A stretch of DNA of 64,000 bases. Origin: an uncultured delta proteobacterium (GTDB lineage: Bacteria; Myxococcota; Kuafuiibacteriia; Kuafuiibacteriales; Kuafuiibacteriaceae). The notes beneath the pieces are model-generated. The model made no database searches. It was not told the origin of the DNA and worked only from the letters and a program-made list of their open reading frames with translations. The translations under genes were made by a program, and so were the position numbers. Location of the stretch: the NCBI GenBank assembly GCA_963803435.1, contig CAWDML010000009.1, forward strand, positions 588,954 to 652,953, written 5' to 3'. Position 1 is the stretch's first letter. Every line of letters begins with the position of its first letter. Below, piece after piece: positions 28,201-37,606 of the stretch.

Positions 28201-30480
28201 TCGTAGACCTCCTCGCGCTTGCTCGCGAGCTCGCCGAGGAACTCGTCGAACTCGCCGAACCGGCCCTCCAGCTCCTCGAGCTGGACCATCAGGCGCGAGA
28301 GCTGCTCGTCGCAATGCTCGGGCGTGTCGGCCAGGGCGATCGCGCTGGTCACGCTCTGGCCGAGCAGCTTGAACTGGGCGCCGAACTCGGCCTTGCCCTC
28401 CCTCGAGAGCAGCGTCGCTTGTGCGGTGACCAGCGTCGCGCGCACGCGGTTCAGGTGGGCGAACACCTCGGAGATGTGCTCCAGGATCTCGGTGCGCTGC
28501 GGTGGCGTCGTCGACCTCCAGCCCGGCCACCGTCTCGGAGAGGAGGTCGAGCCCCTGCGTGAGGATCGTCCAGCTCCTTCTCCAGCGGCACGAGCTCGGT
28601 TGGCCTTGTCGGTGTCCTCGACCTTGGCGAGCAGCGCCTCGAGCTGCTCGAGCAGCGGGGACAGCGCGTCGTCGGCGAGGAGGAAGGCGACGCAGTGCTT
28701 GCTGACGCGTCGAACTGCTCGACGACCTCCTGCTCGAGGCGGTCGAGCGCGGCCAGGTCGATGTAGCGCACCTCGCTCAGCGTGATGAGCTGGCCGCGCT
28801 GCTTCCTGAGCGCCGCCAGCGCGTCGAGGAACTCCGAGATCTGCTTCGAGTCTTCCGGACGGAGCTCGCGGACGATCGCCTTCTGCTGCTCCTCGGTCTG
28901 CTTCAGCGCCTGCTCGGCGCGTTCGCGGAGCGCCAGCACCTTCTCGAACTCGTCGACGATCAGCTCGGCGTGGTCTTGATCTCGATCGAGCGTGGTCTTG
29001 AAGTCGCCCGCCTCGGCCTCGCCGAGCCAGTAGTAGCTGTCGACGCATCCGGGTGACGTTCGCGATCAGGTCCTCGTAACTCTGGCGCGTCGGGCGCTCC
29101 TGATGGATCGGCGGACGCATCGAGTCAGGCGTCGGAGATCCCGCGCACCAGATCGGCGTTGCCGACCTTGGCCAGGTAGGAGCCGCGTCGGGGCGTGGCG
29201 GCCGCGAACTCGGCGGAGGTGAACGGGCGTCTGCCAGATCTGCATCGGGTGCACGCGGGTCGGCTCGTCTGAGACCGCGCGGAACACCACCATGTTGCCG
29301 TCGTCGAACAGGCTGAAGCCGTGGCAGACGGATCGGGTTCTGGACCTCCTTGCGGATCAGGTTGTAGGGGAGGAGCACGTAGCGTCCCGCGAGCTCGTGA
29401 TAGAAGACGTAGAGCACGTCCTCGCCGTTCGGGCGAGCTGATCGCCCGCATGAAGCTCGAGGTTCGTCGTAGTCGCCGTCGAAGACCTTGTGCTCGCCGG
29501 TCTGCAGGTAGTAGCCGCCGGGGAAGATGATCCCGTGGTCCTCGGGCAGCTGACGCAGGCCTCGCCGATCGCGTCGAGCCGGCGCACGTCCTTGGTCCGC
29601 GTGTTGAACACCAGGTGGCGCCAGGCGTTCTCGCGATAGGGCAGGATCTTGAGGAGAATCAGCGGACCCGACCTTCGCGTAGTGGATCTCGGCGTCGTCG
29701 AGCGTCTGGCGCGGGTCGTCGACCGGCTCGCGGTAGATGCCCAGCCCGTCCTCGGTGTTGTTCTCGACCTTGATCGTGAGATCGCCGCCGACGGTCTCGA
29801 CGAACACCTGGTCGAGGATCGAGACGTGCGGGTGGCGCCCCGAGACCTGGTCCTCGCGGGTGGTCTGGATCCACTCGAAGTCGATGCGGCGGCGGCAAGA
29901 CGTGGTCGCGCTCGCCCGCGGTTGTCGATGTACGTCGGGTTCCGTCGGGATCGAGCGACCAGCGGAGCACCTTGACGTCGTCGAGCGTCGCGGCCGACCT
30001 GGAACACCGCGAGCAGCTGCGTCTCGCTGCGAGATCTCGGATCACGAGCAGCTTGGCGTCCTTGTAGTACCGGTACAGCTCGTCGAAGTCGCGGGCGAAG
30101 CCGGGATCGACCAGCAGGCCGGGGACGCTGTCCGCCGGGGCCTGCGATAGATCGAAGCCACCCTCGGGGGTGCGCTCGAAGCGGTGCAGGCTGAAGACGT
30201 CGCCGACCTGGTCTCGGTGCTTGAGACCGATGAAGACGTTGTAGCCGAAGAGCAGCTGCCCGCCGACCTGGACGATGTCGCGGGGGACGCAGTTGTTCTC
30301 GGTGCGCACGCGCTCGTTGCCGATCACCGCGAGCTCGGTCCCGCCGAAGGTCTCCTTGCGGCGGGCGTTGAGCTGGTCCGCCTTCCCGGTCAGCACCTCG
30401 GCCGGCTCGAGAAGGCGGGATCGGATGACCTCGTAGCTCCCGCCCTCGAGGGCGTCGTTCGTCTGCTCGCCGTCGCTCAT
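25269..30480 (-). pseudogene. very large (about 1700 aa) AAA_5 (MoxR/McrB/dynein-like) ATPase gene, reading broken by at least 12 single-base indels
   Basis: Coding-like fragments across at least 5 listed ORFs or frames on the minus strand.
- N-terminal domain: MSDGEQTNDALEGGSYEVIRSRL...FGYNVFIGLKHRDQVGDVFSLHRFERTPEGGFDL.
- Middle: ...PEDHGIIFPGGYYLQTGEHKVFDGDYDEP...EDVLYVFYHELAGRYVLLPYNLIRKEVQNPI....
- About 290-aa coiled-coil stretch: TEILEHISEVFAHLNRV...GESVIKLGQHRFNVNTQPLELTLVPRDGAMYLHLTGTQYYEKIDDPRFEAG.
- AAA_5 core: LLLVSPPGYGKTTLMEYVASRLGLVFMKVNG...MLYLDDIQHTNPELLQKF...KKFCVVMAG|NPYTESGEKFQIPDMLANRADTYNLG....
- C-terminus: ...REVLLAVNREYIAS...LEALIDDHYA and ...ARLDSAVAKLSSPSEVRVEV....
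The start ATG overlaps the flotillin stop (TGATG). Confidence 0.6.
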
Positions 30481-32582
30481 CAGTTCGGCTCGTCGACTCC
30501 CAGCTCCTTGGCCTTTTCGACCAGGCTCTCGAGCTTCTTCTTCGTCTCACCGTCGGCGCCGGCCATCATCTTGCCGAGGAAGTTCGACACCGTGTCGCCG
30601 TTCGCCAGGTACTTTCCGAAGAGGTGCTGGACGTGGTTGCTGTTGTCGACCACGCCGTCGACCGCCTGGCCCACCGAGACCGCGTTGATGAACCGGTCGA
30701 AGAACTGTCCGTCGCCGCCGACGATGTTGATGTTCGCCTCCTCCAAGGCCTCGCACATGATCTTCGCGCGCTGCTCGGCGATCGCCTTGCGGGCCTCGAT
30801 CTCGGCCAGCGCCACCTGACGGTCCATGTCGAGCCGCAGCCGGAACTCCTCGTGGCCGCGGCTGGCCTCGTCGAGCAGCTTCATCGCGGCGGCCTTCTCG
30901 CGGATCGCCAGGGCCTCCGCCACGCCTTCCTTCTCCCGGACCTCGGCGCCTCGGCCTCGCCGATCCGCGCGCCGACCAGGCCCTGCTCCTCGCGCCCTTG
31001 GCCTCGGCCAGCAGCTTCTCGCGGACGATCGAGGCCTCGGCGACGCCGCGCTTCTCGATCGCGTGGGCCTCGGCCTCCTGGACGCTGACCCTCGCCAGGC
31101 CCTTCTCCTGCTCACCGGCGGCCTCCGCCTCCAGCTGTCCGCGCGTGACGCGGGCCTTGGCGTTGCCCTCCTTCTCGATCGCGACCGCGTCGGCCTCCTT
31201 GACGCGGACCTCGGCCAGGCCCTCGGCGGCAGCCTCGGCCTGGGTGCCCTCGGCCAGCCGGATCTTGGCCTTGGCGTGCTTGTCGGCGGCCTCGAGCTCG
31301 GCGTCGGCCAGCGTGAGCTTCTCCTTGGCCTTGAACTTGGCCGCCTCTTCGCTGGCCTCGGCGGCGCGCACGGTCTTCACCAGCCTTCCTGCGCCTCGGC
31401 CTCGGCGTGCGATGACCTGGACCTCCTTCTTCCGCTTGGCCTCGGCCACCGCGCGGACGTCCTTGATCCGCTCCTCCTCCTCGGCGACCGTCTTGTCGAC
31501 CGCGATGCGCGCGCGGATGACGTCCGCGATCTCCTTCTTCTCGATCTCGAGCTCCTTCTCCTTGGCGATCCGCTTGACAGCTCGGTCTCGCGCTCGCGGA
31601 TGATCTGCCTCCAGGGCCTGGTCCTTCTCGACGCGCTCGTTCTCGACGGCACCACGCGCTCCTGGTTCTTCTTCGCGACCTCGATCTGGCGGTTCTTCGC
31701 CTCTTCGCTGACCTCGACCTCTTCCTCGGCCTTGATTCGCGCGATCTCGGCCTTCTGGTGCTCCTCGGCCTGGACCTCTGGGTCTCGGCCTCCTCGCGCG
31801 CCCTCACGGTCGCGATCTCGCGGGCCTGCTTGGCCGCGGCGTCCGCACAGCTGCCGCTCGAGCTCCAGGATCGCCTCCTCGGCCTCGACGTTCTGCTTCT
31901 TGATCTGCTTGCGCTCGGTCTGCTTGAGGTCGTTGGTCTGAACGCTCTGGAGCGTGGTCAGCTCGGTGATCTTGCGGATGCCCTGGGCGTCGAGGATGTT
32001 GTGCGGGTCGAGGGACTCCATCGGGGTCTGCTCGAGGAAGTCGATCGCCGCGTCGTCGAGGACGTAGCCGTTGAGGTCGCGGCCGATCGTCCTGGATGAT
32101 CTGGTCCTTGAAGCTCGTCCCGCTTGGTGTAGAGCTCCTCGAAGTCGAGCTGCTTGCCGACGGTCTTGAGGGCCTCGGAGAACTTGGCGCTGGAACAGCT
32201 CCTCGAGCGTCCTCTGGTCCGAAGCGCGCGCGCAGCCGACCTGCTGGGCGACCTTGAGCACGTCCTCGGTGGTCTTGTTCACCCGCACGAAGAACGTGAC
32301 CTTGATGTCCGCCCGGATGTTGTCCTTGCAGATCAGGCCTTCCTTGCCGCGCCGATCGATCTCGATGGTCTTGACCGAGATGTCCATGACCTCGGCCCGA
32401 TGGATCACCGGGAGCACCAGGCCGCCGGTGAAGGTCACGATCGGATCCTTGCTCATCTTGTTGACGATCAGGGCCTTGCCTTGATCGACCTTTCGATAGA
32501 ACTTGGCCACCATCGCGGCGAACCCGGCGATGATGATCGCCAGGACCACGACTACGACTGCAGCGACTATCAGGTTTTGCAT
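30480..32582 (-). pseudogene. flotillin-like SPFH protein (YqiK/FloT family) with long Ala/Glu-rich coiled-coil tail; reading broken by about 6 indels
   Basis: ATG 32582 follows GAGGTCGAGGTAACG.
- N-terminus: MQNLIVAAVVVVVLAIIIAGFAAMVAKFYRKVDQGKALIVNKMSKDPIVTFTGGLVLPVIHRAEVMDISVKTIEIDRRGKEGLICKDNIRADIKVTFFVRVNKTTEDVLKVAQQVG.
- In-frame patches: ...TIGRDLNGYVLDDAAIDFLEQTPMESLDPHNILDAQGIRKITELT...
- Out-of-frame patches of 25-40 codons, e.g. QRQVLRGPQDRRQAARLRG... and CGRRGQAGPRDRDREG....
- The tail continues in two further frames (30547..31449, 30480..31115), ending ...NSNHVQHLFGKYLANGDTVSNFLGKMMAGADGETKKKLESLVEKAKELGVDEPN. Confidence 0.7.
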
Positions 32583-32595
32583 CGTTACCTCGACC

Positions 32596-33381
32596 TCACT
32601 TGGTTTGGCCTTGCCGTTGGGCATGGCCGGCCCGCTTCTTGGCGAGCTCGTTCTTTTCAGCGGAGCGAAGGGGCTCCACCCGGAAGGCATCGCGTTCGGC
32701 GTCCCACCCGATGATCAGCGCCTCGTCCCCCCGGTTCAGCTCGGAGGGACGATCGGAGCGGACCTGGATCTTGTGCTCGGTGCCGCCGTCTCGCGCGATC
32801 GCCTGGCCGAACTTGGCGTCGACGGATCCCGTATCGATGATGCAGGTGCGTCCGATCAGGTCGCGGTTGCGCTCGGCCTCGTGGGTGATGAACAGCGGTC
32901 CTAGAGGTCGAGCGACCACGTTGGCGGTGGGGAGCGCGGCCACCATCGAGATCAGCAGGACCCCGATGCCGGTGAGCCACGCGGGGAGAACGACGTCGAG
33001 CGCCGGCGCCAGGTAGGCCATCGCGAAGTAGCTGAGCACCCATCCGGAGAGCGCGAACAGGCTGAGGATGACGGTGACGGGCGCGGGACGCTTGCCGAGG
33101 AGCCCGTAGAACGTGAGGAGGCCCTCGCCGGCGTCGTGCACCTCGTGGATCTCGTGTGCGCCCTCTGCGGCGCCCTCCGCGGCGCCCTCTGCGGCCCCTT
33201 CCGCCGCGCCTTCCATCGTACCCTCGGCGCCGCCCTCGGCGGCGCCTTCCAGGCTGTCGAACATGTGGATGTCGAGCGCGCCGATGATCACGAACATCCA
33301 GTAGATGAGCACCACGCCGAGCATCACGGTGAAGACCACGGTGGGGAACGATGTGATCGATTCGACCAGTGTCATCATCAT
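32596..33381 (-). CDS. NfeD/YqiJ-like membrane protein (flotillin partner) with internal (GAAE)n repeat
   Basis: MMMTLVESITSFPTVVFTVMLGVVLIYWMFVIIGAL, then EGAAEGGAEGTMEGAAEGAAEGAAEGAAEGA, then TM helices, then a C-terminal OB-fold-like region (DAKFGQAIARDGGTEHKIQVRSD). It lies 13 nt upstream of the flotillin ATG. Confidence 0.7.
   Translation of the reverse strand: MMMTLVESITSFPTVVFTVMLGVVLIYWMFVIIGALDIHMFDSLEGAAEGGAEGTMEGAAEGAAEGAAEGAAEGAHEIHEVHDAGEGLLTFYGLLGKRPAPVTVILSLFALSGWVLSYFAMAYLAPALDVVLPAWLTGIGVLLISMVAALPTANVVARPLGPLFITHEAERNRDLIGRTCIIDTGSVDAKFGQAIARDGGTEHKIQVRSDRPSELNRGDEALIIGWDAERDAFRVEPLRSAEKNELAKKRAGHAQRQGQTK
33158..33253. repeat. imperfect 12-nt tandem repeat x8 (gcgccctcYgcg) inside nfeD, encoding (GAAE)n
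   Basis: Read directly: gcgccctctgcg gcgccctccgcg gcgccctctgcg gccccttccgcc gcgccttccatc gtaccctcggcg ccgccctcggcg gcgccttccagg. Confidence 0.6.
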
Positions 33382-33512
33382 TCCACCCGACCGGGACCGG
33401 GCTCTGAGAAGCTATGAAAGCACGTGAGGCCGCCGGTCCAGAGCGACGGGTCTACTACCGACCGGAGGTTGCCGCAACGTGAGGAGCGCTTATCATCCCG
33501 GAGCCGCCCCTG

Positions 33513-36110
33513 ATGCGCAGCTTGTACTTCGTCGAACATCAGACCCATCAGGCGACCGTTGTCGAAGTGGTCGTCCGGCTCATCGGTTTCGCGCCCACGC
33601 GGTTCATCACGGCTGAAGGTGCGACCCGCGCCGTCGAAGGCGGATTCCCGGATCTCTTGCTGACGGATCTCGTCCTGCCGGGTCGCGACGGCCTCTCGTT
33701 GATCCGAGCCACCAAGGCCCGCGCCCCGGCGACCTTCTGTATCCTCCTCTCCTCCGTCCCTCCTGGGCTGTCGCCCTCCGCACCGGCGCGCTACGGCCTC
33801 GACGCCGTGATCGTGCGGCGTGGCGCGTGGGCCTCGCAGCTCGCCGAGCACGGAGGCCCCGACGCGGGCGCCCGCCGCTTGCTCGCGCTGATCGATCGAG
33901 GCTCGGCGGCGTTCGAGGCGCTGTCGGACGAGCTGAGCTCGGACCGGCTCACCGCGATGCAGCGCGTGCTCGTCCTCCGCTACCTGGCGGCCGCGTTCGA
34001 TCCCGATCGGGTGCTCGCCGTCCTGGAACGATCGATCCGCAAAGAAGGCATCCACTCGGTCGCGCTCGAGCTGGCGATCGGCCTCGGCGCCGCCGGCTTC
34101 GGCGTGGTGGGCGAGATGGCGACCGCGCCCGACGCCGGCGCCGAGACGCGCGGGCGCGCGATGCGGCATCTCGCGCGCTGCTTTCCACACGACGTCGTGA
34201 TGCCGCTTCTGCAATCCAACCTGCACGATCCTGCACCCTTGATCCGACTCGACGCCGCCCAGGCGGCGTTCGACAGCGCGGTGCGTGTAGGCGAAGGAGG
34301 ACTGGTGACGCTGCAGGAGATAGCCGAAGCGCGCGACTTGCCCGACGCGCTCCGGATCGCAGCGCTCGAGCACGTGGCCCGCGATCTGCCGCGCCCGGCC
34401 GTGAAGCCCGTGCTTTGTCGTGCGCTGGCGAGCGAGCGGCCCGCCCTGGTGCAGGCGGCCTCGACGCTCGCGATGCGGAGCGACGGCGTGGATGTGGAGT
34501 CGCTCGCCGGCCAGGCGGAGTCGGGACCGCTCAAATCTCGCCTCCGGGCGCTCGAGACCCTCGCGGCCGACTTTCCCAAGGACGCGGTGGTCCCGATCCT
34601 CGAGCGCTTCCAGAGCGCCTCCAATCCGGCGCTCCGCCGCTCGGCGTTCGAGCTCACGCTGGGCCGCGCCGACACCGGCTTCGAGGCGACCGTCCAGCGC
34701 GCCGCCGCCGAGGAGCGCGGGATGCTCGAGGCCTGCCTCCTGGGTGCGCTCCGGCTGGGACCCGCAGGCTTCGCGGCGGTCCGTCGGATCGCCGAGGAGG
34801 AGACGGCCGACCCGGAGGTCCGCGCGATGGCGGTCCGCATGCTCGGGGTCCGGTTCGACGCGGCGCGCGCAGCGGCGGCGCTGGAGGGGCTGGCAGCCTC
34901 GCCGGAGTTCGAGGTGGCGTCGGCGGCGCTCCTCGCCGCGATCCATTTGGGCGCCCCCGGCTTCGCGGTGCTGCGAGCAGCGCAGAGCTCGGCACCCATC
35001 CCGGCGATCCGCGAGCTGGCGCTGATCCACCTCGAGGAGTACGCGCCCGACCCAGTGTTCAAGCCCGCGCTGCAGCGCGCCCTGCGGGATCAGGATCCAG
35101 CAGTGTGCGCGCGCGCGGTCGAGCTCTGGATGCGCCGGCTCGGCGGCGAGTTCGCGCCGCTGCTGGCGCGCCTGGCCCGATCCGGACGTCCCGAGCTCCA
35201 GCAAGCCGCGCTCGACGGTGCGCTCGCGCTGGGTGAGGGCGGCTTCACCGCGATCGCGGCGCTGGCCGGGACGCTCGAGATCGATCGCGCCGTGCGAAAG
35301 CGCGCCCGCGCGGTGCTGGCCGCCCGGTTTCCGCCCGAGGACACCCGAGAGATCTTGGAGGCGCTCTCGAAGCCCACCGAACCGGCCATGCCCGCAGCGG
35401 CCACGCCGGACACCGGTCCGACCCGCCCGTCGCCCCCCGCCAACGCCCGCGCGTCGCGCGAGCGTGCCCTCCTGGCGCTGGAAGCCGCCGTGCGACGCGG
35501 GCGCGCCGGCTACCGAGCGATCCGAGCGCTGGCCGCGTCCACCCGGATCGCCGAGGAGGTCCGGATCCTGGCGATCCGAAGGCTCGCCGGCGACTTCGCG
35601 GGCGAAGAGGTCGTGCCCGTGCTCGAGCAGGCGATCGCCGATCCGTCGGACGGCGTGCGGAGCGCAGGCCTCGGCTGTCTCGTGCTCCGGAAGGACGCGC
35701 GCCTCCCTCCGCTCGCCGTCCTCGCGCGCGATCGCTCCGCCGAGCCTTCGCTCCGGATCCGGGCCCTCCGCTTCCTGGCGTCACGCTTCCCGAAGGAGGA
35801 GGTGCGTCCGATCCTCGAGCCGCTCCTCGAAGAGGGGGATCACGAGGTGCGGCGTGCTGCACTCGACTCTCTGTTCACGTCGCTCCGCTTCGTCCCTCCG
35901 GACCGTGTCGAGGAGCACCTGATCAACCTCCTGACCGAGCACGAGAGCGAGGAGGTGAAGATCGCCGCCGCGCGGGCGCTGGGCGTCTTCGGTGGCGCGC
36001 GCGCGCTTCGAGCGCTGGCCCGCTACTCGGGTGCGTTCGCCGGCCCTGCGGTGAAGGAGGCGGCCCAGCAGGCCTCGCTCCGCCTGCGTGGATACCGCGA
36101 CGCGCTCTGA
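33513..36110 (+). CDS. response-regulator receiver (atypical) fused to about 650 aa of HEAT/PBS-lyase-like repeats
   Basis: Receiver-like N-terminus with phospho-acceptor context LLLTDLVLPGRDGLSLIRATK, but no N-terminal acidic pair (VEHQTH). About 20 repeats follow, e.g. DPAPLIRLDAAQAA, NPALRRSAFELTLG, DPEVRAMAVRMLG. 865 aa, intact. Confidence 0.7.
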   Translation: MRSLYFVEHQTHQATVVEVVVRLIGFAPTRFITAEGATRAVEGGFPDLLLTDLVLPGRDGLSLIRATKARAPATFCILLSSVPPGLSPSAPARYGLDAVIVRRGAWASQLAEHGGPDAGARRLLALIDRGSAAFEALSDELSSDRLTAMQRVLVLRYLAAAFDPDRVLAVLERSIRKEGIHSVALELAIGLGAAGFGVVGEMATAPDAGAETRGRAMRHLARCFPHDVVMPLLQSNLHDPAPLIRLDAAQAAFDSAVRVGEGGLVTLQEIAEARDLPDALRIAALEHVARDLPRPAVKPVLCRALASERPALVQAASTLAMRSDGVDVESLAGQAESGPLKSRLRALETLAADFPKDAVVPILERFQSASNPALRRSAFELTLGRADTGFEATVQRAAAEERGMLEACLLGALRLGPAGFAAVRRIAEEETADPEVRAMAVRMLGVRFDAARAAAALEGLAASPEFEVASAALLAAIHLGAPGFAVLRAAQSSAPIPAIRELALIHLEEYAPDPVFKPALQRALRDQDPAVCARAVELWMRRLGGEFAPLLARLARSGRPELQQAALDGALALGEGGFTAIAALAGTLEIDRAVRKRARAVLAARFPPEDTREILEALSKPTEPAMPAAATPDTGPTRPSPPANARASRERALLALEAAVRRGRAGYRAIRALAASTRIAEEVRILAIRRLAGDFAGEEVVPVLEQAIADPSDGVRSAGLGCLVLRKDARLPPLAVLARDRSAEPSLRIRALRFLASRFPKEEVRPILEPLLEEGDHEVRRAALDSLFTSLRFVPPDRVEEHLINLLTEHESEEVKIAAARALGVFGGARALRALARYSGAFAGPAVKEAAQQASLRLRGYRDAL

Positions 36111-36112
36111 CT

Positions 36113-37102
36113 TCAGGATGCTGCGGCAGGCGAGGGCAGCGACGCATCCGCGCTGATGTCCGGCTCCACGAACACCCACCGGATCTCCGGCATGCGTGTC
36201 TTGAGCTCGCTCTCGAACGCGTTGATCGCGGTGCAGAGCTCGTGCGCCGACAGGCCCTCGCGCGGGAGGATCTTGATCGACACCATCACCTCCCCGGGGC
36301 CCTGCTGGATCGTGAACATCGTGATCAACTCCCCGAGCTCGGTCCGCTGCGCCAGGACCTCGCGCACGGCGGCGTCGATCTCCGGATCGGCCGACTCCCC
36401 CACGAGGAGCGACTGGACCTCGACCGCGAGGAAGATCGCGACCGCCACCAGAACGATTCCGATGGCGAGGCTCCCCACTGCGTCCCAGCGCGCGTCACCG
36501 GTGTAGTGCGCCATCCCGATCGAGGCGAGGGCGAACGTCAGCCCGACCGTCGCCGCGGAGTTCTCGCCCATCACCACCACGAAGTCCGAGTCCTTGGTCT
36601 GGCGCAGGTAACGAAAGAACGGCGTGCTCCCGCGACGCTTGTTGGCCTCGCGAATGTTGGAGAGGGTCGCGTAGCCCTCGAGCGCCATCGAGAAGAGCAG
36701 GATCCCGACCGCCACCAGGATGTTGTCGATCGGCTCCGGCTTCAGGATCTTGTGGACGCCCTCGTAGATGGAGAAGACGCCGCCGCCGGTGAAGAGGAGC
36801 AGCGCCACCATGAAGGACCAGAAGTAGAGCGCGCGCCCGTACCCCAGCGGGTGCGAGGGATCCGGCGGCGCCTTGGCGCGCCGGACGCCGAGGAGGAGCA
36901 GGATCTGATTCCCGCAGTCGGCGCTGGAGTGGATCGTCTCTGCGAGCATTGCGCCCGAACCGGTGAGGACCGCCGCGACACCCTTGGCGGCGGCGATCGC
37001 GACGTTGACCGCTAGGGATTCGAAGATGTGTTTGGTCGAGTCCTCCGACACGCCGCGCAGTCTGTACCACGAGTGGACGGAGCCTTCGACCCGTGAGATC
37101 AC
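36113..37102 (-). CDS. cation diffusion facilitator (CDF) family metal efflux transporter
   Basis: CDF signature AETIHSSADCGNQ, six TM segments, and a C-terminal cytoplasmic domain. Confidence 0.8.
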   Translation of the reverse strand: MISRVEGSVHSWYRLRGVSEDSTKHIFESLAVNVAIAAAKGVAAVLTGSGAMLAETIHSSADCGNQILLLLGVRRAKAPPDPSHPLGYGRALYFWSFMVALLLFTGGGVFSIYEGVHKILKPEPIDNILVAVGILLFSMALEGYATLSNIREANKRRGSTPFFRYLRQTKDSDFVVVMGENSAATVGLTFALASIGMAHYTGDARWDAVGSLAIGIVLVAVAIFLAVEVQSLLVGESADPEIDAAVREVLAQRTELGELITMFTIQQGPGEVMVSIKILPREGLSAHELCTAINAFESELKTRMPEIRWVFVEPDISADASLPSPAAAS

Positions 37103-37108
37103 GGATCC

Positions 37109-37600
37109 ATGCGACGCCTGCTTGCCGCGCTCCTCGCCGTCTTTCTGCTCACGGCGACGCCGCAGACCGCCCGCGCCGAGACCGACAGCGTCGCCGTCGC
37201 GGTCGGCTTCTTCTTCCTGTTCGTCCTGGATACGGCGGCGAGCGTCGGCGGCACGGTCACCGGTATCGGCAGCCTGGTTCAGCTCAACCGCGATCCGCCC
37301 GGGCTCGGCTGGTCGATCGCCTCGATCGTCGTCGGCGTCCTCGACGGCCTGGTCGGGGCGATCACGCTGGCGGCGCTGGTGGGCACGGACGCGTTCGACG
37401 GTGCGCCCGGGTTCTGGGTCTTCGCGGGCGTCCCGCTCTTTCTCACGGCCACGAACCTCACGCTCGGCATCATCAACTTCTCTCGCTGGGGAAGCGCGCG
37501 GCGACGACCGCCGGATCCGGAGGAGGACAGCGAAGACGCACCGGAGGACGAGTGGAGCCGGGGACTGGCGCCCGGCGTGACGCTGTCGTTCAGCTTCTGA
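37109..37600 (+). CDS. hypothetical secreted/membrane protein with an acidic C-terminus
   Basis: Signal peptide MRRLLAALLAVFLLTATPQTARA, hydrophobic segments, and the tail RPPDPEEDSEDAPEDEW. Confidence 0.45.
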   Translation: MRRLLAALLAVFLLTATPQTARAETDSVAVAVGFFFLFVLDTAASVGGTVTGIGSLVQLNRDPPGLGWSIASIVVGVLDGLVGAITLAALVGTDAFDGAPGFWVFAGVPLFLTATNLTLGIINFSRWGSARRRPPDPEEDSEDAPEDEWSRGLAPGVTLSFSF

Positions 37601-37606
37601 TCGGTC

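Noticed and set aside
30480-32582. Programmed ribosomal frameshifting in the flotillin/ATPase genes
   Set aside because: Too many shifts, in both directions and without slippery heptamers. Sequencing error or decay is far more parsimonious.
33158-33253. CRISPR-like repeat array
   Set aside because: Short 12-nt in-frame tandem repeat inside a gene, with no spacers. It is a coding Gly/Ala/Glu repeat, not CRISPR.
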